A stretch of DNA of 64,000 bases from Puccinia triticina (lineage: Eukaryota), in contig CP110439.1 in the NCBI GenBank assembly GCA_026914245.1, positions 6,944,001 through 7,008,000 on the forward strand, in the 5' to 3' direction. Every line of letters begins with the position of its first letter. The stretch's first letter is position 1. Shown piece after piece: positions 13,234 to 25,770 of this stretch. A model generated the notes under the pieces. It did not search any database. It worked only from the letters and a program-made list of their open reading frames with translations, and was not told the DNA's origin. The position numbers and the translations under genes were made by a program.

Positions 13234-16147
13234 CTGATTTCAAATCATGATATGGTCAAGTAGTTCTTTGTTCACGCACAGACAACACAGGTACACCTCT
13301 ATGTGGTTTCAGAAATCATCAGATAAAAAAGGTAGGCAAGATTCTCTGATCAGTGACCGTCTCAGCTTTCCGCGAGATCCACGTTAAGGGGTAATGCTGG
13401 TGTTCGCCCATGCATGCGAAGTTTTAGTGAGGTGGTATGTGAAGACTTACGCTGGCGTCTATAAGCATGGCCCAGGAAGGTATAAATGACGGGAGTTAGC
13501 GCTAAGTGGAACAAGGAATAGAATGGCAGAGAAGACTGACGTAGGCTGGCCACATCAGCAGAGAAAAACTAGAGCAATCAGCCTAGGCCACACGCGGAAG
13601 GGTATTGAAGCCAGTACTAACCGCAGTGCAACATCATCAATTTTAGGAAATGTCCTGGATTTCAATTACGCAATTGACTAGAAGGACGCGGACGGGTTAT
13701 GAAGAACCTAGGGGGAGCCGTTGTGAACCAGGAAGGTAGGAAGCAGTAGCGTTGAAAATGGAATTCAGAGGAAACTTCGGATTGAGACAGGACCTGTGAG
13801 ATGATAGTCGGAGTGGAGCAAAGAAGAGGCAAGCAAAAAGGGTACAAAGGTACTGGCAAATGGAAGACCTTCGAAGCCGACTCGGATGCGGAGCATGCAG
13901 GACCCTCGGGTCTTCGTTTTCTTAAGGCAGTGTCTGACTGGTGGCGTCAGTTAGTATGAACAACAGGGCTCGTCGTGTCAGCAACGGTACATGGTATCAT
14001 GGTACAAGCAAGTCTTTGGGTCACAAACACCTAAACCTTCCAGATCAGATTTCCGCCTTGATGTTCTTGCCTGTTCATTATGTATTGTAAAACCCACCAA
14101 ACAGGAGGAGACTGATGTACAGCTCCTTGAAAAGACGCCATCAATAGATCCGGTTACCAAAGCCATGTGGTTTGGGCCTAAATTACAGCAGACATACATG
14201 TTGCACCCCTTCTTTGTAGGAAAAGAAGATCCAGGAAGAAGTGACATGTTCACTTGCCAGGCCTCGCCTCAGACTTTCTACAGCCAAACGTGTATGAATG
14301 TACTAGGCCTTGTAGAGCTCCTTGCAAAATCAGCATGGAAACACCGTGGGCCTTCAGAATTCTCGACTGTGGAGTCGTGGACCCGCCCGGTAAGCTAGCC
14401 GCTTGGGCAACGTACGCGAAAAAGGGAGTTTCTGATAAGGGCGCGGAATTCTGGAATCCCGCTGAGACCGGAAGGGCGCCGGTCGAAATGTGCAGTGGAC
14501 CGACCGGCGCCTTTCCCTGAAATTTTCACAGCCAATGCGAGAACAGCGCTATGCGCGCGGCTAGTACTCAGGAACGCGAATGCCTCCTAGAGCGAATCTG
14601 CGAGGGCAACTTCATTGTGAAGTGCATATAATATATGCCACTTATTCACCTTAGGCCGTCTTCTTACATCATTGAGGTCTTTCTCCGCCCAAAGCCCGGC
14701 GGACCGGTCTGACCCAGCAGTAAGCCAAGTCATGTGTACATGGCCGAAAGCAGGGCTTGCAGACACTCGAGTAGCTGCTTCTAAATTAGGGGGGCTCATG
14801 ATGATAAGTCTACATATATTTATTGCAGAAGCGCTCATACGCTCAGAGATGAACAGCAAATCATGGCTACTTGAGCACTTGGCCACCAACTCGACACCTA
14901 AGTCACTTCTCCAGCAACCTTTTAGAGCCTTCAGCATTAGATTGCAATGGTTCGCTATGGAATCCCTGGTAAAAGGTGTCCCTTCTCACATTGGATATCA
15001 AATTTTAACCAGACTTTCTACACCCGAAACTTCAACAGATAATAGCAGATACAAGTACTATTTGGGTGTACGAATCAGAAGCGAGTGCATGTTCAAGCGG
15101 GCAAGATTCGGCAACAAAGAGTAGCTGCTATGAGAAGCAGTCCAAGTTGGATTTGAACGGTGTATGCTGGTTGAATTTTGGTTTAGAGCATTCACATTTG
15201 TGGGGCTAAGTTGACAATTTTGGGAAACTTAACCCAGCCAGCAATCACATTGGTTGGGGCTAACCCCGGGTCAAAAAACCGGCTTGCACAGGAATTAGGC
15301 TTGCTAAATTTAGGTAGCCTAAACCTGAAATTTATTCTCAGGCTACAGGGCCCAAAATTGGTCGGGGATTTGTTGGGGAGTTGGAATAGAAATTCTGACA
15401 TATTTTTTGGGAGTCAGAATTTTACGTCCAACGAGCTTAACAAAGCCTGCCAGTGTGAGAGCCCCGAAGACAAGCTTACAAAGCCTCCCAGTGCGAGAGC
15501 CCCGAAAAGCAACCCCGCAGGGTCTCTGTCTCACAGAGAGGCTTACCTGCGAAAGCCTGTACCTGGCCTGAGAGCCCCAGGAAGATCTGCCTGTATCAGG
15601 CTTTTTTCTTCTATTTTCCTCTTTTAAAGACAAATTTTGAATGGTTTGAGAAGCCCACCAGGATGAGAGAAGTTCTTGTCAGTGCGCTTCTCCTCATATT
15701 TTTTGGCCTCCTAGCTCCATATCCAAGTCCTGATCCTACCGTCCAGGGGCGGGACTCATGTCTTTTGGGGAGTGGGGGGTTTGGGGGCACAAAGTTGGCC
15801 ACCTGCAAAAAAAAATGACTGTATGTGAGGCTCTCATGCCAGGAATCAGGGATTGCATGGCATTGGAAGTCCCTCCCTGACAGTAGGTCACATGTGTGAG
15901 GCGCTTTGCGTCGTGCCCCCGGCAGGCCAGGGACTTGTGCTAAGTTCAGTCCAAACAGGGCCTATAATAATAAATTCCCTGAGCTTGCACAGGCTCATAG
16001 GGGGCAGATTGGTTACAGAAATCCACCATGTTTATTTAGCAACATTTACAAGACAGTTCTTCCCAGGGGGAATGGATGTTGAGGATTTTGAAGTGGGGGA
16101 AAATAAGCTGAGAAGCTTTTGATTCCAATGTGCAAAAGGCACAGCAA

Positions 16148-16310
16148 TTATGGTATTCAAAATTGCATAAGAATTTTTGACATAAAATCATAAACTGCAA
16201 TTTTGGCTGGGAGATGTCACCTTAAGTTTTATGCACACTGACATATCCCAGCCAAAATTTGCTTTATGATATTATGTAAACAGTGACATATGCAATTTTG
16301 AATACCATAA
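16148..16310. mobile_element. MITE
   Basis: 22-bp TIR TTATGGTATTCAAAATTGCATA / TATGCAATTTTGAATACCATAA with internal inverted symmetry. Confidence 0.7.
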
Positions 16311-17939
16311 ATAATCACAAGTGTACAGAGTTTTTGGGGGGAATAGGCAAGTGTGACATCTTCCCTGCCATTTTCTTGATCCTTTGGGGCCAGACATGAC
16401 AATTTAGAGGCAAGTCCTTCCTTTGGAGGTTGCTACGCTTCCCCAAGGAGAAACTTGTGTTCAGTTTGGGCCAGCTTGGCCCATTCACATCCTTGGATCT
16501 TGACAAGCTTAACAAAGTCTCCCTGTGAGAGCCCCAGGAAGATCAGCCTGTATCAAGATTTTTTTGCCTTTTTTGATTTTTCAAAGATCAATCATTGGCC
16601 TGTTGAGCTTGCCCCTCTGTAATTAATAAATCCCCTGGAGTGTGCTTCTTTTCATGTAATTTGGGCCTTGTAGCTACCAATATAAGGCCTGACCCTACAG
16701 TCTGAAGTTTCCAAAAGCAGAGAAAAGCAAACCATATATAGAGAGATCTTTTGATAAAGCCCCCTGGATAACACTGCATGAATATGAGACATTCTGACTG
16801 CACAATTCTAACAACTGCTCTAGTTATGCATACAAGATAACATTATTAATATTACAGAATATCCTGTTTGAATGGCGGCAGAATATTGGATTTGGTGCTT
16901 ATCTTCAACAGTGATTTCCCATTCCCTGGGAAAAAATTCCATAATCCTCCCCTAGGCAGATAATGAGTCTGAAACTCTGCAACCTGGGAGGAATCAGATG
17001 CAATAGCAGGTCTATTTATAGCCATACTGCATTCCTCAAGCACTTTTGTTTGCTTAAATTCCCCATTCCCTGTACTGTGCTTTGTTCCCATTGCTAGTCA
17101 GCAATGCTCAATTTCCTTTGTTTTACTATTCCCTTATCCAAAACCTACACTTTGCCCCAATTCCATGCTGATTCTTCTTATCAGGCAATTCCACCAATCC
17201 ACTTCAACACAATTCAGTCAGCGGCAACATTCCTTCTTCATCAGTAGCTTCAATTACACATCACATTCACATTTACTGTGGCGTGTTCCCTATCTTTGAC
17301 ATCCAATTGTTATTCCATTAACCAAATCCACACATAACTGTGCAGCATGCTACCTTTCCAAAATTTTTGACCATTAAAATCTAACCCTATCTGGACCTGG
17401 CATTATTATTCTGATTGTACTTCAAAATTGGCAGATACAGAACTGTGACCTGCCATTATTATCCTGACTGTCCCCTCTTCTTCCCTACTTTACAAGTTGC
17501 GCATCAAACAGTGTCACAGTTACATATATCCAAGACCAACACACTTGGCTCACCTTCAGCGGACGACTCATTGCTGATACTGTAACATCTCATCATCTAT
17601 GTATCACCATTGAAATTGACTCCCACAAGTGGGACATGTTTTCTCATATCCTGCCGCCCTTCAACCCTCACCTTAACTTTCAGCTGGTTATGTCTGTGAC
17701 TAAATTTTTTCCTTGCCTCCATGGCATCGACCTCGACAACAGAATAGTAGGTTAACAGCTCTTCAGCCAATCATATTTACACTGTGTTGAAATCTACATT
17801 TCCAGAAATACCATATTTGTGTGACAGACAGTGATCAATTGTCAGTCTCATCTGGTTGTCAGCTTAATGATTTAGTTCTGGTTACAGGGACCATTGTTGG
17901 CCAAATCAGAAGAGGGGATATGATTTTGCAAGGGAAGAT

Positions 17940-18485
17940 TTGTATGCTGAATTCACCGCTAAAGCCCTGCCAGAGTAGTCCTTGAATAAGGTTGATGTGC
18001 CTAATTTTCCCAAACATAGACTAGAATTGAAAGTTGGGCAACCATTGGTTTTGCTGCAAAATACCTGCTTGCAGGACGGTCTAGCCAATGGAACCAAACT
18101 ATTACTGCTTGAAGTTCAAAAGACGGTTCTCCGGGTAAAATTCCTGACAGGAAAAGTTGTTGGTACCACCAAAGCTCTCCCTTGAATAACACTCAATCAT
18201 GAACCGGATCTCAAATTTGTGTCCCCCTTTTCCTGATTTCAGTTCCCGGTTGCGAGTGCATTTGAAATGACAATTAACAAATGCCAAGGCCAATCACTGG
18301 ATACTGTAGTTGTGTTTCTCCCGAGGCCAGTTTTTGCGCATGGGCAGCTTTATTTTGCCGCATCTAGATCCACTTTTGTGGGAAGCCTAGGGATAGCATT
18401 TGTATCAGATTCAACGAAGGATGAAACTGTCAACATGGTTAACAAGCCCCTCTTTACAAAACCTTTGAAGATGACCTTATTGTAA
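17940..18485 (+). pseudogene. PIF1-like helicase C-terminus of a Helitron RepHel remnant
   Basis: PNFPKHRLELKVGQPLVLLQN...GLANGTKL and QFPV...MTINKCQGQSL...FLPRPVFAHGQLYFAASRS, with in-frame TGA stops. Confidence 0.9.
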
Positions 18486-18573
18486 TAGTACTTGTATTTC
18501 AGGGCGTTGAGTTGTGCACAATGTAATCTTGACTCTGTGCATTCAAAGCTCGCGGTCCAGCCGCATGTTCTCT

Positions 18574-18884
18574 CAATGGTGGGCCGCTAAGCTAAACTAT
18601 CCGTAGCGTGCGCTATCCGCTAGTTTAGTGTTGCGTAGTTCCTGACACAGTGCTTTTAGCTGTAGCGCCCGCTACGGGCCGCTAATAGCGCTATCAGCAT
18701 TTTTAGTGGTTGAATAGCACTGCTAGCGCTGATAGCGGCGATAGAGGCCCTGTAGTTTCAAGGGGTGCCTGTTAGCAGTAGCGGGCAATCACTGTCCGCT
18801 ATCAGAAAACCCCGTCATTTGTAGTTTAGATCCGCTACGCTGCGCTGAACTACGGACTAAATGTGTCGTAGCAGACCACCATTG
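18574..18884. mobile_element. hAT-type MITE (CGCTA-rich) inserted in a Helitron 3' end
   Basis: TIR CAATGGTGG / CCACCATTG, many CGCTA/TAGCG internal motifs. TSD unclear. Confidence 0.7.
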
Positions 18885-18950
18885 GAACTTCTCTAGTATA
18901 AGTAGAAATGTGTTTCAAAAAAATTGACCTTTTTAAAACCACTCTGCAGG

Positions 18951-19278
18951 CAACGGTGGGCCAATGCGTTACGTTACGATGTTTAGGCCTAAACGTGTAA
19001 CGCATCGAGCGTTATTTTTAAGAAAAAGGTGTTAATTGTATCAAAAAAATATTGAATTTTTGATACTTTACAATAAACTACAATACGTTTTTGGCTGTAT
19101 CTATGAAAAATGGCCGATATTTGCTGTTATTTAGCGTATTTTTGCGTATTTTTGCACCCGTGGGTGTTATAGTTAACTTATTTTATACACTCGATAATCT
19201 TAATTTTCTGTATTGTAACTTATTTTTCAATACTTTACAATACTTTACGGTTACGTTTAACTGTAACGCCCACCGTTG
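18951..19278. mobile_element. hAT-type MITE
   Basis: TIR CAACGGTGGGC / GCCCACCGTTG, flanked on both sides by CTGCAGG. Confidence 0.85.
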
Positions 19279-19805
19279 CTGCAGGACATGGACCATCAGG
19301 CTGTGACTGTCACCATTGAGTAGAGGTGCACCTGTCAATGATTGCAAGGGCGGGAGCCATTCTCTGTGGGAATTGGGGCCTTTTTGGGCACAAAGCTGGC
19401 CAGCCGCACAAATCTGAAACCGTATGTGGGGATTTCACACCAAATATCAGGGATTGCATGCAGTCCCTCCCTGATGTAAGGTCACACTTTGTGCAAGGCG
19501 GTGCGCACCGCGCCCCTGGCAGGCAAGGGACTTTGGAAGTGTTGAGCAGTATCAAGTAATATTTAGCTGTACAAACCCTGCATAGAAGTTTATGGAAATT
19601 TGTAGTCCATTCTACTTGTCATGTATTGTTTTTTCCAAGAAGTTTGGACCATTTCATTTTTTGCCTGTTTTATTGTATGGATTTATTTTTGTTTTCCGGA
19701 TACACTTTGGGATCAAATATCCCACAGCTCTCATTTAATTGTAGCTTGTGTAGCAGTCTGGTGCTTTGTTGGACCCGCCTTTTGGGAAGAGGGCAGCACT
19801 GCCAG

Positions 19806-20174
19806 GCGGTGGGCAGATACGTTATCCAGAATTCCGCATTTTTTGTTGTAAATTCAAATTTTGCACACAACAGTTCAAGGTTAGGGTTAGGGTTAGTATT
19901 CCATTTTTACTGAGTAATTTTCTTCTAATCATCAATTACACAACAAATTTTCTGTTATCTGTAACTAAGTTACAGATAACTGAAAATTTGGGGTATAATC
20001 AGTGATTAAAACAAAATTACTCAACAAACATGGGATTTTTTTTGTGCAAATTAAAAATACTGGGAATGCACAGCCCTGATGTTTAAATCTTGCTGATAAG
20101 TTGAATCATTGTGTGCAAAATTTGAATTTACAACAAAAAAATGTGGAATTCTGGATAACGTATCTGCCCACCGC
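19806..20174. mobile_element. MITE with long TIRs
   Basis: About 60-bp TIR beginning GCGGTGGGCAGATACGTTATCCAGAATTCC. Short internal GGTTAGGGTTAGGGTTAG tract. Confidence 0.8.
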
Positions 20175-20406
20175 TGAGCAGCCAATTGACACAATCTGCG
20201 GCAGGAAGGGTAAAAAAGCATCTCCAGTTACGAATATGAGGTTTTTTTTACAGAAGTCTACTCCCTGACTATCATCTAGAGCATAATGGCACAGGGATTT
20301 GATTTAGCCTTGGGTCTCATCTGTCACTTATCAACACTAAGCATGGAGTGAACAAGGACCCGGGAAATAACCCATGGAACACAGTAACTGTAGAGACTGT
20401 AAAATA

Positions 20407-20537
20407 GCACTGTTCACGTAAGAAATCTATGACCATGTGAGAGATATACATCAGCATACTTTCCCAGCCAAATTGGCTGGCACAATGGGATAAACTTTAT
20501 TTCAATCTTGCTGATGTTTAGCTTACGTGAACAGTGC
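20407..20537. mobile_element. Tc1/mariner-type MITE nested in the LTR
   Basis: TIR GCACTGTTCACGTAAG / CTTACGTGAACAGTGC with TA on both sides. Absent from LTR copy 1. Confidence 0.8.
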
Positions 20538-20546
20538 TAATGAAGA

Positions 20547-20632
20547 TGTGTCTGGTGAGAGTCAAACTAACAGCCTCAGCTATGCTGAGACACATACTAG
20601 AGTGCTGCCTTTACCAACTAGGCTACAGACGC
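20547..20632 (-). pseudogene. tRNA-like sequence inside LTR
   Basis: Minus strand reads GCGTCTG TAGCCTAGTTGGTAAAGGC ... GTTTGACTCTCAC CAGACAC: A-box, decayed B-box and acceptor stem. Confidence 0.65.
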
Positions 20633-21059
20633 TTGTGGCTGCCAGCTGGGTGGTTGGTTGGTAGTGCTCATGGGTTGATCCAACAGCCCTCCATCCTGTG
20701 GTGATACATCATGGTAGCAGACAACTCAACAGTAACTAAATCTCCTGCATTGTTGAAAAATTCATACATTTTTGGAGCTTATCCATACATATTTTGTGTG
20801 AAAGTTCAGAGCTAGGCCAGAAAATTCATACAATTGTTGTGAGTAACTTTCAAAGAGAATCTGCCCAGTGGACGGTTGGCTGAGGGGGGGGGGGGAGGAC
20901 CCTGGCAAACCTCTGCTAAACTGGCTCATGTAACTGGTAGTAATACACCTTCTCTCCAAGATGCTGCTTATCAAAAATGCTTCAGTTCAGGGAAAAATGT
21001 ACTCAGCAGGCCAAATAAAGTTGTAAAAAGTAGTAAAGCAATGGCAGAAAGGCATGTGG

Positions 21060-21345
21060 TTTGGTAGGCCCAACTTTTAGGCTGCTTGTTTCAGTCACAA
21101 AGCCTTTATGGCTCCTGCATGTTGGGTATTCCATTAGAAGAAAAACTCCAGTTTCTTTGTGTTTAAGTTTGGGACCTCAAAGGTTGCACCATTGGAATCC
21201 TGGACTGATTTTATGCCAATCCAACCCTTTGCCACACATCCCTTGCCACCATGGCCAGCCTGGCACCCTCCTTGAGCTGACCCAGCCCCCCAAAGGGGTT
21301 TCAACTTCCTGTAAAGTGAAGCTGTACAGGCCTGTGGCTGAAATT
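21060..21345. repeat. Dispersed repeat with an inverted copy at about 62440-62733
   Basis: Shared blocks such as AGGTTGCACCATTGGAATCCTGGAC and GAAGCTGTACAGGCCTGTGGCT occur reverse-complemented at the second site. Confidence 0.75.
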
Positions 21346-22101
21346 CAGAAATCATTTTCAGACACACAAATTGGCAAGCTTTTCTGCCATTGCTGTAAAT
21401 GGCTTAAAATTAAACATCTCATGGAGGGGGTGAAGGTTAAATTTGTGAGCATCCTCATGTAAATGGTATCAAAAATCAATTTTCAAGCACAAAACCCAAT
21501 TTCTCCCCATAGCAAAAGTGCATTTTGGCCCATATTTACATTATCCAGCTCAATAGAGGCTTGCTAGGGTCCTGGGGTGGGCAAACTTAGCACAAGTCTC
21601 CTGCCTGCCGGGGGGCGCAGAGCAAAGCACCTTGCACAAAGTGCAACCTCCCGTCAGGGAGGGACTTGCATGGAATCCTTGATTCCTGGTGTGAGAGCCC
21701 CGCGTCCAGCTCTTTTTTTTGCAGGTGGCCAACTTGATGCCCCCAAAATAACTGATTCCCGCCCTGGATACCAAAGAAAGGCTTGCTTCTCCGCTTTAAT
21801 TTGGCGGCAGTCACAGGCTGATAGCACTTGGTGCATAGCCTGGAGAGCAGTTTGAAAAAGGCCTATTTTTGAGACACATTCCTGCTAATGTAAGCAAGAA
21901 TTCAGTATTCCACTGCCTTTCAATAGGGGGATTCAAAGTTGGCCATGCACTTTTGCAAGTTAGTGTTCAAGACTTTTATTGAACACCAAATTTCAAAAAA
22001 ACATTCAAACAGGCTTGGGGGTGTAGTACAGTGTGGCTTGCATGCACTTTTGCAACTTGGTGTAATGAACTTGAACACCAACTTGTAAAAGTGCATGCAA
22101 G

Positions 22102-22641
22102 CAAGGGTGTAACAGCTACGCTACAAAAAGCATAGCGTAGTGTTTTTTTTAAATCACTGTGCTGTGCTGAAGGTAGCGGCCCAACTGCTGCACTACCGCT
22201 TTTTGGGTTGGAGAAATAGCGGGGACCCGCTATCTGCAGCAGTAGCGCAACACTGGACCCGCTACGCTACCTCTTTTTGGGCTTTCTGTGTAGCGGTCCC
22301 CCGCTGCGCTGCGCTGAATGAACGCTTTTTTCAGAAAAGTGCAGCGGTTACATCATTTCTGGCGCAAAACTCCATAAAAAGTAAGCAGAGGTGTAGCTAA
22401 TTTGCTGCAAAAAGCGTAGCGTAGCGTTTTTTGGATCGCTGTGCTGTGCTGAAAGTAGCGTACCCGCCCACTGCGCTACCACTTTTTGCGTTGAAGAAAG
22501 AGAGGGGACCCGCTACTTTCAGTGGTAGCGCAGCAATGGAGACGCTGCGCTACCGCTTTTGGGGCTGGATGCGCAGCAGTCTTCCGCTGCAATACGCTAA
22601 AAGGGTGCTTTTTGTAGCGTAGCGTAGCGTTTACACCCTTG
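22102..22641. mobile_element. MITE (CGCTAC/GTAGCG-rich)
   Basis: TIR CAAGGGTGTAA / TTACACCCTTG, with repeated CGCTAC and GTAGCG subterminal motifs. Confidence 0.75.
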
Positions 22642-24174
22642 ACAAGTCGCATCTGGCTATCTTTGAAACCCCGTAATAGATTGAAACAGATTTTGATACA
22701 AAGCCACATGGATTTACAAAAGATTTCTCTCTCAATATGGTCTGCTTTTCTCAGTGTTTGAAAACTTCAAACGCAAGGATCAGGCCTTATATTGGCAGCT
22801 ACAAGGTCTAAATTGCATCAGAAGAAGCACACTCCCAAGCACTTCTCAAGTCCAGAGGGGCAGCCTCAGCAGGCTGACGGTTGATTTAAAAAAAGGAAAA
22901 AAATGAAAAATATTGATACATGTTGATATTCCTGGGGCTCTCGAGCCAGATACAGGTTTTTGCAGGTAAGCCTCTCTGTGGAACAGAGACCCTGCGTGGC
23001 TGCCTCACTGGGAGGCTTTGTTAAGCTTTTGCGGGGGCAGTGCAAACAAAAACAAATGTGGATGACTTGCTGTCAAGATCTGAGGGTCATCCAGAAGTGA
23101 TTCAGAGCCCCAAAAGCTAAAGCTAGATTTTGCTGAAAACATCTTGACTTCTTTGGTTCTAATGGAGCACTTGCCATCAATCTTCAGCTCTCTAAAGAGT
23201 CAGATCTGCAGCCAGAAAGCCTTAAATTTTGCGGGGAAATGCTATCCCAGTGGCTGCAGATCTGGTCCTGCAGGGTCTGTAGATCTCAACGGGAAGTCCT
23301 CCAATCAGATTCTGCAAGGGTCCCATATTTGAGGGGAAGTTGTCTACTGAACAGGGGACTGCTGATGGGGGAGGATTGAGCCACCACTCCATCATTCCCA
23401 GATTCCCATACATTTTTGGTTACTACCTCCTTCCCCTCAAAAAAACTTGATACATATGGGACAAGTACCTTTACTGGCCAAAATGACCATTCATACATCT
23501 GGGGTAAGTACCTTTTATAGTTTTTGACCAAAAATTCATTCATTTTGGTTACTGTGTTCCATAGGGGCTTTCCTGGGTCCTAGTAAACATGAAATATATG
23601 TGATTTGCAAGGATCTACGAAAACAATTTTTTTTAAAAGTGTCCAAGCTTCTTGGAAAACACAACATATCTTTAGTTTTCATGTATGCTATGAGATCAAG
23701 GGTTTTTGTCTTTGTCTCTTACAACATGAAGTTTTGGATCATGAAGGAAGTAACTTCATCGCAAGCTTAACAAAAGCTCTCTGAGGAGGCGCAAAGCGTC
23801 TCCAAAGGAGAGGCTTACCTCTAATGTCACATCATTGGCCCTACAGACTTGAGTTTTTCTTGTAAAAAACAGTATACTTGTTTTGAAAATAATTTAAAAA
23901 GTGTAGTTTGTGGTTTAAAAAATAGCTGAGTAGAAAGACTTTTAGCCTGCTATCTCAGCTTTCATCCCTTGTTTTTTTAGCTTACTGCCCCTCAGAATTA
24001 CTAGCCCAATCCACCTACTGTGGACTGGTTCTGAAGGGGTCTTGCAGGCATTTTTGAGCTCAAAATTTGAAATTCCCTGAGCTTGCGCGGGCTCAAAGAG
24101 GGGGGGATTGGTTACAGAAATCCACCATGTAACAACATTCACAGGACATTTTTTACCTGGCACTGCCAGCATAA

Positions 24175-24362
24175 TTGGCTGGGTTGAGGTTATCCCAGTT
24201 AAACTGGGATGAACTCAACCAATTTAAACTTGGTTGATCTCAACTCATGAAATATAAATCCAAGGTGCCCCCCTTGGGTTTATATTTCATTGGATGAAAT
24301 CAACCCATTTTAAATTGGTTGAGTGCATCCCAGTTAAACTGGGATGACTTCAACCCATCCAA
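24175..24362. mobile_element. Foldback MITE
   Basis: Near-complete palindrome whose arms each contain the nested hairpin ATCCCAGTT-A-AACTGGGAT. Confidence 0.75.
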
Positions 24363-24758
24363 ATATGCTGGCAGTGTGGGGGGATGGATAGTGAGGAGTT
24401 TGAAATGGGGGAAAATAAGCAAGCACCTGGTGATTTTAATGGTGCAAAAGGCACAGTGAAAATCAGAATTCTAGAGGGAGGTATTGGGGAAAATATGACA
24501 GGGTGACATCTCCCCTGCCATTTGGCTCGTTCCTGTAGGGCAAGACATGCCATGATGCCACTTTGGAGGCAAATCCCTCGTTCGGAGGTCGCTACGCTCC
24601 CCCGAGGAGGGTATGCTTGTGTTAAGTTCGAATTCATCGCCGGTTTTCCGCGGCCGGAAACCCCCCGGGGAGTTACAACAGCACTTCGGAGAAAACGCTG
24701 ACAAGAAGTTTCCGTCCTTGTCTATCGCACAAAGGTTATCGAAGGCGCACGAATCACG

Positions 24759-25770
24759 ATGACTATCCAGAACCAGGACGAACCTCGAGAGCTTGGAAAG
24801 CAAGAAGAGCTGATCAAATCCAAGTTGGACAACGACTGCATATTTTGTAAAATTATCAAGGGATCAATTCCTTGTTTCAAGGTCTTCGAAAATCCGACTA
24901 CCTTAGCGTTCTTTGACATCAATCCAATTAGTTTTGGCCATGCCTTAGTTATTCCTAAATGTAAGTTCCTTCCTCTCTATATTCCCTGAAGATTCACTGG
25001 GTCCGTTAGTGGCCCTTCGATTGATCACTCTTCGTCTATATTTCGTTGGCAGACCATGGTCCAAAATTGCATCATTTGCCGGACTTGTGAGTACAAGTTA
25101 TATCGGCCTCCATATTTCCGCAACCCTGAAACCGGCTAAGTTTTTTTATATCGACGCATGTAACTCTTAGAATCCTGTTCGTCTAAGTATTGTTAAACTA
25201 ACGAAATAAAACCATCGCTCCAATTCATAAACCAGTGCGCTCCAGGATATTTTACCGATTGCCAAGAAAATTGCGGTAGAGCTAGGACTGACTGATTATA
25301 ATATTTTACAGAACAAGTTGAGTGATTTATGAATAGTTTCTTCAACCAATATATCATCATTTTGGTCAGTGTTACATTTACTGAGTTCATTGGTCTTGTT
25401 TGTTGACACGGTCATTGTCATCACGCCATCATGAAATTCCTCAGTGGTCGAATTGCTCACCAAGAGGTTGATCACGTCCATTTCCACAGTAAGTAGGAAG
25501 AAGTTGAATGATTTAAACATGAAAATAAAATGTCTTTTGAAAAATGTATGACCGATGAGCCTGACTGTAACGATTGGATTCCTGTGCTCTGAATTTTCCC
25601 TTTGAAACTGGCAATCAAAAGTTATACCGAAGCCGTCTGCGACAGATTCAGAAGGATTGGTGATCGGCTGGCCTTCAAAAAAAGCAGACATGAAACTTTT
25701 GGAACAGAAAGCTCAGGAGGTCAAATCGAAATTGGACAGTCAATCTGCCTCTAGTACTAGCAATCTTTGA
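24759..25770 (+). CDS. HNT1: HIT-family nucleotide hydrolase (HINT/Hnt1), 5 exons
   Basis: DCIFCKIIKG...LAFFDINPISFGHALVIPK | YHGPKLHHLPD | ALQDILPIAKKIA...YNILQNN | GRIAHQEVDHVHFH | IIPKP...GLVIGWP. Contains the HxHxH triad. GT-AG introns, TGA at 25768-25770. Confidence 0.93.

Larger units (their letters stand above)
20389..20731 (-). mobile_element. Short solo LTR carrying a tRNA-like module (family A, copy 2)
   Basis: TG...CA termini, perfect 5-bp TSD GTAAC (20384-20388, 20732-20736), empty-site paralog near 23545-23581, nested MITE inside. Confidence 0.85.

Noticed and set aside
13978..15124. Cluster of 90-150-aa ORFs
   Set aside because: No recognisable motifs or consistent splice structure.
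19879..19897. Interstitial telomere
   Set aside because: Only about three TTAGGG-like units, located inside a MITE.
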